The position numbers and the translations under genes were made by a program. Positions 39,901-51,737 of a stretch of DNA of 64,000 nt are shown here, piece after piece. Below the pieces are notes generated by a model. It did not search any database. It was not told where the DNA came from and saw only the letters and a program-made list of their open reading frames with translations. Source of the stretch: Octopus sinensis (taxonomy: Eukaryota). The stretch spans positions 72,726,001-72,790,000 of the forward strand of contig NC_043005.1 in the NCBI RefSeq assembly GCF_006345805.1, written 5' to 3'. Within the stretch, counting starts at the first letter, position 1, and each line of letters begins with the position of its first letter.

Positions 39901-40459
39901 TGTTAGATAATCTGTCAAATACTTCACAGATTACACCTTATCACAGGTACTGTTCTACAGACCTAGCACAGGCATTTAAGGTTCAGTCATCACAGCAGCC
40001 ACAACAACAGCATTTTCACTATCTTCACATCCACTTTTCCATGTAAGCAAGGATCGGTTGGAATTTATTGAGGCAGGTTTTCTACTGATAGCACTCATCT
40101 GTTTCCAGGTAAGGTATTTTTTATCCCTGTGACCTCCTAACGAGTTTTTTTTATGGAAGATCAGAAATGATAGTGATACATCATTATTACACAATGTTAA
40201 GGTAAGGTGACATTACTGACACCTTACCTTAACATTGGCAAAGTAAAATGGTTGGAAAGCAAACTTCTTACCACACAGACATGCCTGTACCTACAAAACA
40301 TCAAGATTATTTCTACAATGATACAGTGCAGTTTAGCAGAATAAGCAGTGTGAGTATTCTATAATTCACCAGAGAATGTGTGCTTTATTACCTAGCAACA
40401 ATGTGAAACAGATCTAATTCTGGTGGAATACCAAAGAAGAAGACTATAAGTTGTCATTG

Positions 40460-41029
40460 TAGTGGTTTGTCCGGAAAGTTTGTGCCGATTCATAGTAGCT
40501 TACCTTTCGACTTATTTTAAAATATGGTTGAGTCCATAAAATAGAATTTGACTACAACTCCATTTAGAGCACAGTTTAAGCTATCTTTTCATGGATGAAG
40601 ATTTATATTCCTATAACCTGTGTTAATTCTGTAACCCTTTAAAATGGAAGATAAGAAAGTTCCTTTTTGGCACTTGATGCTTTGGGAACCAGACAAAAAT
40701 TGCTGCAGCTCAGCTAGGATGTGTTACCCCACCTTCAATATTCACCAGATATTGCTCCTTCGGATTTCCACTTTCTCAGGTCTCTGCAGAATAATCTTAA
40801 TGGTAAAAATTTCAATTCCTTGGATGACGTAAAATGATACCTTCATGAATTCTTTGCCATGAAACCAGCTCAATTCCGGGAAGAGGGTATTTTCAAGTTA
40901 AAGGAAAGATGGAAACACATTGTGCAATAAAAGGGTTCATATTTGCTTGATTAAAAATGTAATGGCAAGTATTTATTGACCTTTTTCTTTCCTTTAAAAA
41001 TCGGCACAAACTTTTTGGACAACCCAATA
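40460..41029 (+). mobile_element. Internally deleted mariner transposon
   Basis: TIRs (tagtggtttgtccggaaagtttgtgccgatt / aatcggcacaaactttttggacaacccaa-TA); N-terminal MEDKKVPFWHLML joined to YSPDIAPSDFHFLRSLQNNL..GIFKLKERW. Confidence 0.9.
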
Positions 41030-41854
41030 GGTACTAAATTTTGTTTGAATTACACTCAAACAGATTAAAAATAGATAGATATATCGGATTATGTAATCAG
41101 TTATACACAATTCCTGAAAAAAGATGGAATGGCCGTGGTTGGATACACTTTGATTATAGGTCTAGTTCATCACAGCTGACCTATGACTAAACAACAGCAA
41201 CATGATTTAGTCACACTCTATAAAAATAAAGACTTTACCATATTCTGATGCTTCACTATGTAATGGGAATAATTTTAAGTGAGTGTCATAATGATACTTG
41301 AAGCAATTGTTAAATTTCTATATCTCAGCAGCTTTTATGAAAATCCTATAACAATTATTTTCTCGTTATTTCTCTATGAGAACTATAGTTATGATAATAA
41401 ATTCCTAACCTTATATCTACATCCATTATTTTATGTTACCATAGTTGACAGCATAAAAGAAGCACTTTTTTATTTTCAAACAGAAGGAATGTCTCAGAAA
41501 AGTCATCCTAGGTTCTCTATGCAAAGTTGCTTTTAAAATCAGTTTCAAATCTTGACACAAGGCCAGTAATTTCAAGGAGGGACTAAATCAACTACATCTG
41601 CTGGTACTTATTTTATTGACTCCAGAAGGAGCTAAGGTTGCTTTTGATATTACATACTATAATAAGGTGGTGTCCCAGCAGAATCCGTATCAGGACAATT
41701 AAACACCCTTGGTTAATTACTTCCTCTCCAATATAGTAAGAAATTTTAAATCATATTGTCCTCAGGGCTAATTGTCATTGCGAGGGTTATTTTCCATGGG
41801 GTGGGGGGTAAACGTCCTAGACTCAACAGAATGATCAGCATGATGGGCTAAATG

Positions 41855-42240
41855 CTTTGAGGCATTAGGGTTAGGCTCTGAGTTCAAATTCCAACAAGGC
41901 TGATTTAGCCTTTCATCCTCTCAGGGTTGATAAAGTACCATCTAAATACTGGGGTCGATGTAATTGACTTACTCCCTTCCCCCCAAACTTGCTGGCCTTG
42001 TGCCAAAATTTGAAATCAGTTTTACATACTTTAATAAGGTGGTGAGCTGGCAGAATCATTAGCATGCCAGGCGTTTTGTCTATCATTACATTCTGAGTTC
42101 AAATTCCACCAAGGCTGCCTTTACCTTTTATCCTCTCAGAGTTGATAAAATAAGTACCAGCTGAACATTCCGCCCAATGTAATCGACTTACCCACCACAA
42201 CTGAAATTGCTGGCCTTGTGTCAAAATTTAAAACTAATAT
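41855..42240 (+). mobile_element. Two diverged SINE family B copies
   Basis: gagttcaaattcc..cctttcatcctctcagggttgataaa..gtaccatc/gtaccagc. Confidence 0.75.
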
Positions 42241-43871
42241 TTCATGCTTTAATGCACTAAAAACTTATTTTCCTGAATAGGTACTGCTGAAATTGTGGTT
42301 CACCTTATGTGACCGTACATCTTTTATACTAATTGACACTGGTATTACTCAAAGCATGGGAGACTCTGCTCCTTTTTTTTAATCTAATAAGGCCACACAA
42401 GCACACAAGTGCCAACGAGCTCACGTCTATTTACGTTCACCATTACAATAACATAGTGTCATACATTTACGTCTACTGGTTTATGAAAACGAACTATTTG
42501 AAGCTATTTATCATAATATGATATGCACAAGTTATTCTGCTCAAGTTCAGAAAATAGCTTGCATCTGGTACAGCTCAAAACACGGTATTATGCATGTAAA
42601 GTATCCACATGTCATTGGTCTACTGTTAGTCTCATGACTTGAACGTAGCCTACAATAGCTAAGATAATGCACGGGAGGGCGAGCGCGTGCACCTCAAGAG
42701 ATAAAGTACACGATAGCGACCGTAAACATACATCAGCTGCTAAAAGGTCCGTGATAGATGTAGGGCAGCTCTACATCGTATATTTACATTAACTGCAGGA
42801 AGGCAAGCAAAAGTGTGATTGCATATTTGCATCAACCATTGTCAAGGGGTTAAAATAATAAAGAATTTAGTAAAATAACTTTCTCGTTATTTATCTGGTG
42901 TCTGGAACAAATTAACATATTTTGAGAGAATATTATAATTTAGATCACTTTAAACCAGTAAGTTACTGGTCAAAGGTAGATTGGTATCAAAATGGTCAAG
43001 CAGAGATAGAATAATAGTCAACAAGACATTTATCAAAAATTCCAAGACAAGGAAGTTATTCTATTCTCAGACAAAATTCTGGCCAGAGTACTTGCAACAC
43101 TGTATTTTTAAAAATTAGTTTTGAATGGCCTTATCAAATAATGAAGAGTAGTACTTACAATGATTTATTGGAACCTCTTACAGTGATGAGCAGAAAAAAT
43201 GTAGATCTAGTTATCCTCGGGGATCTGGTCCAAATAAGCGACCTTTATTAAAGAGACACAAAGATTAGGATGTGAAATTTTAGCTGAGTGATGCATCAAC
43301 TCAGTGGTTTTCAATGATTTTTGACTTCATGACACATTGGAGATCAAATATAAAATTTACTGGTGAACACTCCTTTTTTAAACCATAGATTTCAAGAAAC
43401 ATTGGTGAAATAAACATCAGAAATGCTTTGCTCCATGCATGCCCACAATTCAGTGAGAATTACATTGGAGTAATAGGAACAAAAGTAACCAACTGTGTGA
43501 ATGCAGACAAACTGCAAATTAAAGGTTCATTTTTTTAGAAATTTTCCATGTAGAAAACAACTAGATATTTGTGCAAATGGAAAATTCAAAATATTCGCAG
43601 TTTTACAAAATAAAAAATGTAAATGATTGACTACAAAAGACAAAGGAATAATACTTTATAAGAATTCTAAATCTGAAAGTAAACCAGAACTAGTCAACAC
43701 CATTACTACTAAAAACAACTTTCTTTAGATGCATTAATGCAAAACATATGTGTTTGGAAAGTTGAACTTTGAAAGTGTTCATACACAAAACACACGCTAT
43801 ACAAAAACATCTTTCCCCAAAGGTTTGTGACATTCTGTTTTTGAAGTAACTTTTAAAGATATTTAATAAAT

Positions 43872-44290
43872 TGGCTGTGGGTATGTGGTAAGTAGCTTGC
43901 TTACCAACCACATGGTGGCTGTGTGGTAAGTAGCTTGCTTACCGACCACATGGTTCCTGGTTCAGTCCCACATGGCATCTTTGGCAAGTGTCTTGTACTA
44001 TAGCCTCAGGCCAACCAAAGCTTTGTGAGTGAATTTGATAGACAGAAACTGAAAGAAGCTCGTCATATATATATATATATGTGTATGTTTGTGTGTGTGT
44101 TTGTCCCCCTAACATCACTTGACAACTGATGCTGGTGTGTTTACATCCCCGTAACTTAGTACTTCAGCAAAAGAGACTGATAGAGTAAGTACTAGGCTTA
44201 CAAAGAATAAGTCCTGGGGTCGATTTGCTCGACTAAATGCGGTGCTCCAGCATGTCCACACTCAAATGACTGAAACAAGTAAAAGAGTAA
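43872..44290 (+). mobile_element. SINE family A with duplicated head
   Basis: gtggtaagtagcttgcttacc(a/g)accacatgg occurs twice (~43885 and ~43922). Confidence 0.88.
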
Positions 44291-45098
44291 ATATTGTGAC
44301 TGTACCAGTAATTTTTGAAAAAAACATTTAAACACATAAACACACACACACTCACTCACACACACACTCATACATGAGTGTGTTTATATGTGTATGTGCA
44401 TGTTTGTGTGAGTGAGTTTGTCTTTCCTTCCGCTCATATATTTGCTGGTTTGTAAACAATAACCATGCTGAAGATATCATTTCTTCAAAGCCCACCATGA
44501 AATCATGTGAAGGCAGTATGCTGTCTGATGGACTGAGAGACAATTACTTCACTTGGAAATACGGGGATGAGGTAAGAAACCTCTTCCTTAATGTAGTCTC
44601 ATCAGATTCATATAGGCATTGGAAAAGTACACATTAAAACGATAAAGATGATGACAACGAGGGCAACAACGATGATGTTGATGGTGATAATGAGGACGTG
44701 TATGTCTTATTTTTTTGTTTGCAGTATTTTGTATTGAATTTTTATTTACTTCAGATGCTTGACACCTCTCATGTTCAATGTCTTTTCCATGAAGTGAAAC
44801 CTGGAAGCAGTGTCAAAGAAAGACCTCAAGGAATTAACAGACATTACCACCATGACTAACAGAACAATCATTTCTAACTACCAAATCTTTTTAAACAAAA
44901 TTAATAATAATAATAATAACTCGTGATCTCCCAATCGTGAGTGCAACACCTTGACTGCTAAGTCATATGCCTTCACACACACACATACATATATACATAC
45001 ATTCTTTTTGCTTGTTTTGTTTCTTGAAGTACATATAAAATTGTAAATAATAGCAGTCAACATTACACACATATACATATGCATATATATGTGTGTGT

Positions 45099-45131
<33 letters not shown>

Positions 45132-45135
<4 letters not shown>

Positions 45136-45328
45136 TAATCCAAACAAGAAAGCACAAGAAAAAACCCAAACAACGCGAGGACGTGGAACAAATATAGTAT
45201 TATTGGACGCTCAGGAAAGAAGGAGGGTTTAACGTTTTGAGCGGAGCTCCTCGTTGGAAACATAGGAGAAGGAAAGATCCAGAGAAGGGAAGACAGAGGG
45301 AAAAAAATCGCCAACGGTACACACGTGG

Positions 45329-45332
<4 letters not shown>
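45132..45332 (-). mobile_element. Family H2 hammerhead-bearing repeat, degenerate copy
   Basis: Reverse complement of 22635-22845; motif reads ccaacga-ggagctccgctc-aaaacgtt. Confidence 0.7.
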
Positions 45333-45374
<42 letters not shown>

Positions 45375-45699
45375 GCTTTTTTAAAGCCAAAAATAACTAC
45401 AGAAAACGTTACTCAGAGTTTCATGTAACCATCCTTCAGATAGTTGTGATAATCAGGACACATTCATGAACAGGTATCCATAAACACTTATAAACATTCA
45501 TAATTTATCAATTATTGTATTAGACTGAATTACGACAGCTGTCTAATGAATGTTACATGAAACTCAGAGTTACAGTTTGTGAAGTTGTTTTTGTTTTCAA
45601 TAAAATAGTTTTTTACTCTACCTTTCGTATTTGAGCACTACTCATTCCACCTTGTTTTGCACTTATGTGCTGACTTGTGTGTATATGTGTGTGTAGTGA

Positions 45700-46200
45700 T
45701 CCTATAACGGTGCGCGCGCGCGCACCGTCCATTTTCTATTTCGCGCGTGTGATGTTGGTGCCTTCACCAAGAGAGAGGAAGGGCCCTCTCGCGCATGCGC
45801 GAAACACCGGAAGAAGAACCCTATTGCCTACGTAGCAGTTAGCGAGGCAAGGGAAGAAGAACCCTATTGCCTACGTAGCAGTTAGCGAGGCAAGGGGGTC
45901 GTTTGACCGCTAGCAGCAGTCAGCGGGGACTTGGGACGGCAGCGATTGAAGGCGACGGTCACGATATATTTTCTCTCCGTTCGAACTTGATTCTAGCAGC
46001 ACCATACCAAAAGGTCTTTAACCAAATTGTTGCAGACCAACATCGTCTCCATTGTTCGACGCCATCCTTAACCCGTTCTGTTTTTAGCGGCTGAGCATTG
46101 TAAATATTACAATCGATTAACTTTCAGCCTTGCGCGCCCAGAACCAAGGACATCAGATAACCACTTATTGTTACTGTTACCAAGAAAGCGAATAAAGTAG
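45700..46200. promoter_or_regulatory. CpG-rich promoter-like island
   Basis: The only strongly CpG-dense unique segment in the window. It has an NRF1-type palindrome tcGCGCATGCGCga (45789-45802), an ETS-type ACCGGAAG (45806-45813) and a (GC)6 palindrome (45707-45728). Direction and gene unknown. Confidence 0.6.
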
Positions 46201-46848
46201 TATATATATCTTTTACGTCTGCGTCTTGTTGTTTCTGACTGGTAGAATTCTGGATTATTAAAGCAACAGCTAGTGATTGCTTTCTTGTACCCCGAAAGTA
46301 TAAGAGAAGATATTCACACACTAAGTTCGTTACATGTGTTTTAATTTATTTATGTATTTTCTTATTGAATAACATAATAGACAAATTATATGAAAAATAT
46401 GAATTATCCACGTGATATTGTCATTGTTTTTATAATTTATTCTAGAACAATCAAGGGAAATAGAATATTTTGCCAGCAATATCAACCCACAATATTTCGA
46501 TCTGTAACTAATTTGCTAAGTGCCAGTGCACCAGACTCTTGACTCTTGAGTCATAATGTTGCTTTTGCTAAATATCTATAGAAATATACATATATACATA
46601 TTTTGAGTTCTGTTTTACCTCTTTGCAGTCCACACACTCGTACATGCATATATATTCTTTTATTCCTTTATTTATTTCAGTCATTTGGCTACGGCCATGC
46701 TGGAGCACTGCCTTTACTCGAAAAAACTGCCCCTAGAACTTATTCTTTGTAAGCCTAGTACTTATTCTATCGGTCTCTTTTGCCAAACTGCTAAACTCAC
46801 CAGCATTGGTTGTCAAGTGATGGTGGTGGGGGACAAACAGAGACACAC

Positions 46849-46849
<1 letters not shown>

Positions 46850-46901
<52 letters not shown>

Positions 46902-46965
46902 TAGTATATATAGATATACATATATATATATGTATATATATATATACATATACATAAATATATAG

Positions 46966-47025
<60 letters not shown>

Positions 47026-47112
47026 CATATATATATATGTATATACATATATATATGTATATATATATATATAAGTAGTATATATATATATATATATTAT
47101 ATATATAAGTAG

Positions 47113-47146
<34 letters not shown>

Positions 47147-47170
47147 ATATATATATACATACATACATAT
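46850..47170. repeat. (TA)n microsatellite following a truncated SINE A tail (46660-46850, minus)
   Basis: Seen directly. Confidence 0.9.
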
Positions 47171-47365
47171 GTGTGTGTTATAGTAGATGTGTTGAATTCT
47201 TATTCACTTCAGATGCTTGACACCTCTTATGTGCAATGCCGTTTCCATGAAAGTGAGACCTGGAGGCAGTGTCAAAGAAAGACTTCAAGGAATAAACAGT
47301 CATTACCACCACAACTAGCAGAACAATCGATTCTAATGACCAAATATTTTAAAATGAAAATGAAT

Positions 47366-47400
<35 letters not shown>

Positions 47401-48529
47401 CTACAGTAATTAATAGAATTATGGTTGTGTGTATGTGCATATGTATTCATGTGTGTGTGTTGTATTTAAATCATAATTCCTTTTTGTGTTTTTTAATTTC
47501 TGAATTGATTTTGAGAAATATTTACACATATCTTATGCATTTCTTTTTTGACATTTTGTCCAATAATTAAAACGCAGATTTGATAAAGTGATGTACAGAC
47601 ATTGATTAATTTCTGGGAGAATTATCTTTGCCTTTCTTTTTCTCTTTCTGCTTTTCTGTCTTTCTTTCTCTCTCTCTCTCTCTGTTTCATTTTTATTATT
47701 TTTTTTCCCAAAGACTAACTTTATTTTTGTTGAGTGTTAATGAAAAATTGATTACAAGTTTATTGAATGTTGATTGAAGAACATTGTTGAACAATAACAC
47801 ATGTAGAATCACAACAACCCCCCCAAAAAATTTAAAAAATTAAACACATTAAAATACATAGAATAAAAGATGGTGTTTAGATTATAAAATTATATCGGAA
47901 ATAATTGTTATGATGGCAAGTAATTTTTAATAATATGATATTTAGACTATCAAGTGTAAAGAAAGATTAGAACGATTAGAGATAAATACTAATGATGTAC
48001 ATCTCTTATGTGACCTTGTGCCAAAGTAAGGAATCTATAATCTATCTCTCATTGCATATGTAAAGGAAGACTCTGAGAAAACCAAAGACTACCTGCAAGA
48101 TTTGATTCCCGATCATATCTTTTCACTTGAGTGCTATAATATCTTTGTGGCTCTTGATAAAGTCGTAAATATCATATAATTGAATCCCTTTTACCTACTT
48201 CATAAACCTTAAATCTTAGAGCTGTGGAAAGTAAAATACCATATTATCTCACTTTTGCTAAGTTTTAAGTTAATTTTCTCTTGCTTCTTCCAATCTAAAA
48301 CATCTTAGAATTATTGAAGTGTATTCATACTAATGAATATTTATAGGCTTTCAGAATTTCTCACTGTTCATGCCATTAGCCATCCTATTCTTAAAATCCC
48401 TTGATTCAAGATGGGATCACAGTGTCATGGAAAAGTACTTACTAAAAACATCAAAATAAACTAATGATGAGGCTTTTACTTGGTTGCTACACCTGTCAGA
48501 AATTACAGCAAAATCAACCTCAAATTCTT

Positions 48530-48736
48530 ACCTACTATTGGCCATATCTGGCCGAAATCTTCTATCTGCTTTATGTTCAAATCTAGTCTTTCTCACCTAC
48601 CCTACAATGGCATTCTAAAAACAGAAAATTACATCATTGAAATCTCAAAGTTACATGATAATGCAAGATTAATTTAAAACAATGTGAATAAATAACCCTC
48701 ATATTTGACAAAGTAATCTGAATGCTAAGAGATTAA
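48530..48736 (-). mobile_element. Degenerate TTAA-ended (piggyBac-like) MITE fragment
   Basis: Ends gtaatctgaatgctaagagaTTAA; the other end is eroded. Confidence 0.35.
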
Positions 48737-49339
48737 AAATGCTGAAGGCATTGCAATTCATTGATCTAAAATCGGATTGCAGCATAGTAGAAAAATATTT
48801 GCTCAAATCAATAAAGTAAACTAATGAAGGGGTCTTGTAATTGTTAAAAATAACCACAAATTATACCTCAAATCATACCCTACCATTTTCAAAAAAGGCA
48901 AAGGGCACTGGAATTTCTTGATGAAAGGTAACTTCTAGAAAAATATTTTGCAAAAACAACCACATTAATTAAAGGAGCATTGACTTAGTTGCTATACCTG
49001 TTAGAAATAACAGCCAAATATAACTCAACTCACTATCATTTTAAAAAATGCAGAAGACATTAGCTAATGAAGTGATAGATACAAAATTTCTGAAATAAAG
49101 CTGAGATATATAAGACTAGATGGCCATTGACAACAAGTCTGCTTGGTTTTAGCTGATCTGAGGAAGAAACAATTTCAGCAAATTACAAACAATAAAAAGG
49201 TAAAGTATCTTTTAACTTTCATTGGTTTCTGTATAGGGACACAGCCTTGACGTGTTTTAGTTGAACAAATTAATCCCCAGCACTTATTATTATTATTATT
49301 ATATTATTATTATTATTATGAAGCAATACAAAGAGAACA

Positions 49340-50240
49340 ATGCGTTTGTAATAGATATTTTATTGATTAAACGATATTTCGACAGCTAGCCTGTCTTTAT
49401 TGAGTTCAAAATTAAAAGTGATGCATAAAAATTCAGAATTATAAAAATTCAAATCCAAAATATGAACGAGGGTAACCATCGTCCCCACGTTGATGGAATG
49501 ACATCATCAGTCTTCAGTTTTCAAGTTTACAACTGCCAAAAAGGAAGGAAAAAAAGGAAAAAGAAAAGAAAGGAAGAAGAAAAAGAGAAAGAAGAATGTT
49601 TAATCAAACAGTTTTGTGTAAATATGATGAAATTCATTTGTCATTTATTCATTCCTCCAGGGCATGATGTTAATAACTTGCCAAAATATTCTTCCTCATG
49701 CATTTTGAGTATTGAAAGTGTAGCAGATTCAGGATATTTTCTGAGAATATGCACTTTTAAGTCTTTTTCAAAATTGCAGCCGTTTGAGGCAAATTGTTCA
49801 GCAAGTTCTGTCAAACTACTGTTATTGTGCCTGACGTCATATCTCTACCCATTGAATATTTTGTGTAATTGTTTTGTGGTACAACAAACATAAATCAAGT
49901 ATGTTTAATGCATTCTGCTGCATACACCAGATGGGAATCTCTACACGTCCTACCTTCCGTGTAAATCATGACATTTCTGTTATGATTGTTTATGGAATTC
50001 ACTTGACTCATGTTGTTGCAAAATGAACAGGGCTTACCTCTTTTGCAGTTGTTTTTCAAGGTACAGTGTGCAGAAATTCCAATGTTAGTTTTCCTGGAGT
50101 CAGATATAGAGGTCAATAATTCTCTTATATTCTTATTCTGTCTAAAGGCTACAATAGGCGGCTGAGAAAATATTTGTTTGAAACGAGGATATTTTCCCGC
50201 AACATGCTGGTAACTTTCATGCAACACTTTTGAAATGCCA
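49340..50240 (-). mobile_element. Penelope-like element 4: linker plus GIY-YIG endonuclease and 3' terminal region
   Basis: IFSQPPIVAFRQNKNIRELL, C-x4-C-x2-C (CKRGKPCSFC), TCRDSHLVYAAECIKH then IYVGTT across a frameshift; terminal gacag-gctag-ctgtc-GAAA hairpin. Confidence 0.8.
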
Positions 50241-50447
50241 GCGAAATTTCAGTACCATTTAATCACTACAAGAATTCTGTCACATGTTGCACTTTGCTAA
50301 AATTATGCGTGAAAGTCTGACTTTCTTTGCTAATCATTTGCTATGTCATTTGCTATTTCCTTTATCGTGATTCACTGTAACTACTTTTGACATAATGGTG
50401 TACAAAAGCACTTGTACGTTTCCAGTAATCCCCTATGTCAGTACAAA

Positions 50448-50683
50448 TATGATGCTCCTCCACTACTTCTGCTCATGATCAGAGATGCACATATCGCCAG
50501 CCACTAAGGGACATGCTCAACTGGCTAAGGTCAAACAACTGACAAGCAAATCTGTGGTATTGAGCAGAATATTTGCTGTAGCCCATCTTTTATACCAAGA
50601 CAAAAGAATGTACATGATAACACTTCCAATCAGTTAAGATCAGAAGCCACGAGAGCCAATGCCTGGTACTGCATCAGGGCATT
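50448..50683. mobile_element. Unnamed (AAT)n-associated interspersed element, partial copy
   Basis: Near-identical to 51600-51737 and, reversed, to 58735-58805; ends at an (ATT)n array. Confidence 0.7.
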
Positions 50684-50702
50684 CATTATTATTATTATTG
50701 TT

Positions 50703-50738
<36 letters not shown>

Positions 50739-51260
50739 GTTCTTTTATAATACAGTGTAGATAAAAATGCACTGGAGTCTTTAGACATCTGTCAAGTCAC
50801 AAGGACCTCAGACAGATAATATTTTCCTTAAGATGCGTGATGTGCCTAATAAGGCTGTATTTTGCAAGACATCAATCTTGCATGGGATTTCCAGTTGCCT
50901 TAAGAAGTTTTTACGTTTCAATGGGATTGAGCCCAACTCTCCAATCAGCACTGGTATCGCTTTTACATTACCCTCTTGCATTCCATACAGTCTTGTCAAC
51001 TCCACTTTCATTTCGGAATACTTGGTGATTTTTTCAACCTCTTTACTCACAACATTCATGTCATTTGGTATGGCTACATCAATGATCTGACAGTATTTGT
51101 CTCTCTTATTCAATATGACAATATCTGACCAATGGCGTTTGATTACATGATCCATCTGAAAATAGTCCTAGAGTATCGTCACTTTTCCATCCTCCTGCAT
51201 ACTTTTACTCAGTATATGCTCATACCAGTTCTCTATTACTTCATATTGGTATTTACAGCA
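50739..51260 (-). mobile_element. R4/Dong-like non-LTR retrotransposon 3' end (restriction-like endonuclease)
   Basis: DIVILNKRDKYCQIIDVAIP..KEVEKITKY..IPVLIGELG..LLGTSRILRKIL is a PD-(D/E)xK RLE C-terminus; flanked on both sides by (AAT)n, the known Dong target. Confidence 0.85.
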
Positions 51261-51293
51261 TATTATTATTATTATTATTATATTATTATTATT

Positions 51294-51737
51294 GAGTGAG
51301 AGAGCAGTTCATGCCATCAAAGTGACACTGGGGTGAAATATACGAAGCCCAATATACCCATCATGACTACCCATCTGATAAGGGTACACTAGGCACATGC
51401 ATCACAACCATATGTGCGCGACATGGTGATCTCATATCAAGATAAACAGCACATGACCTTGCAGGTGGGGCCCAGTTAGAATTTTCTTCAGGTTGAGTAG
51501 CCCATCCCGCTCAAAAGGTCCCTGAATAAGGGTTGTTTAAGGATGTTGAAAGAACCACCTATGTTTCCAGAGGTGAATTATTCAACCCCCAACACATGGC
51601 TATGATGCTCCCCCACTACTTCTGCTCATGATCAGAGATGCACATATCGTCAGCCACTGAGGGACATGCTCAACTGGTTAAGGTCAAACAACTGACAAGC
51701 AAATCTGTGGTATTGAGCAGAATATTTGCTGTAGCCC
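51294..51737. mobile_element. Unnamed (AAT)n-associated interspersed element, longer copy
   Basis: Bounded by (ATT)n on both sides; overlaps the 50448-50683 copy in sequence. Confidence 0.7.

Noticed and set aside
39799-39950. Plus-strand exon-like segment with strong acceptors
   Set aside because: Antisense of a degenerate RTE RT fragment.
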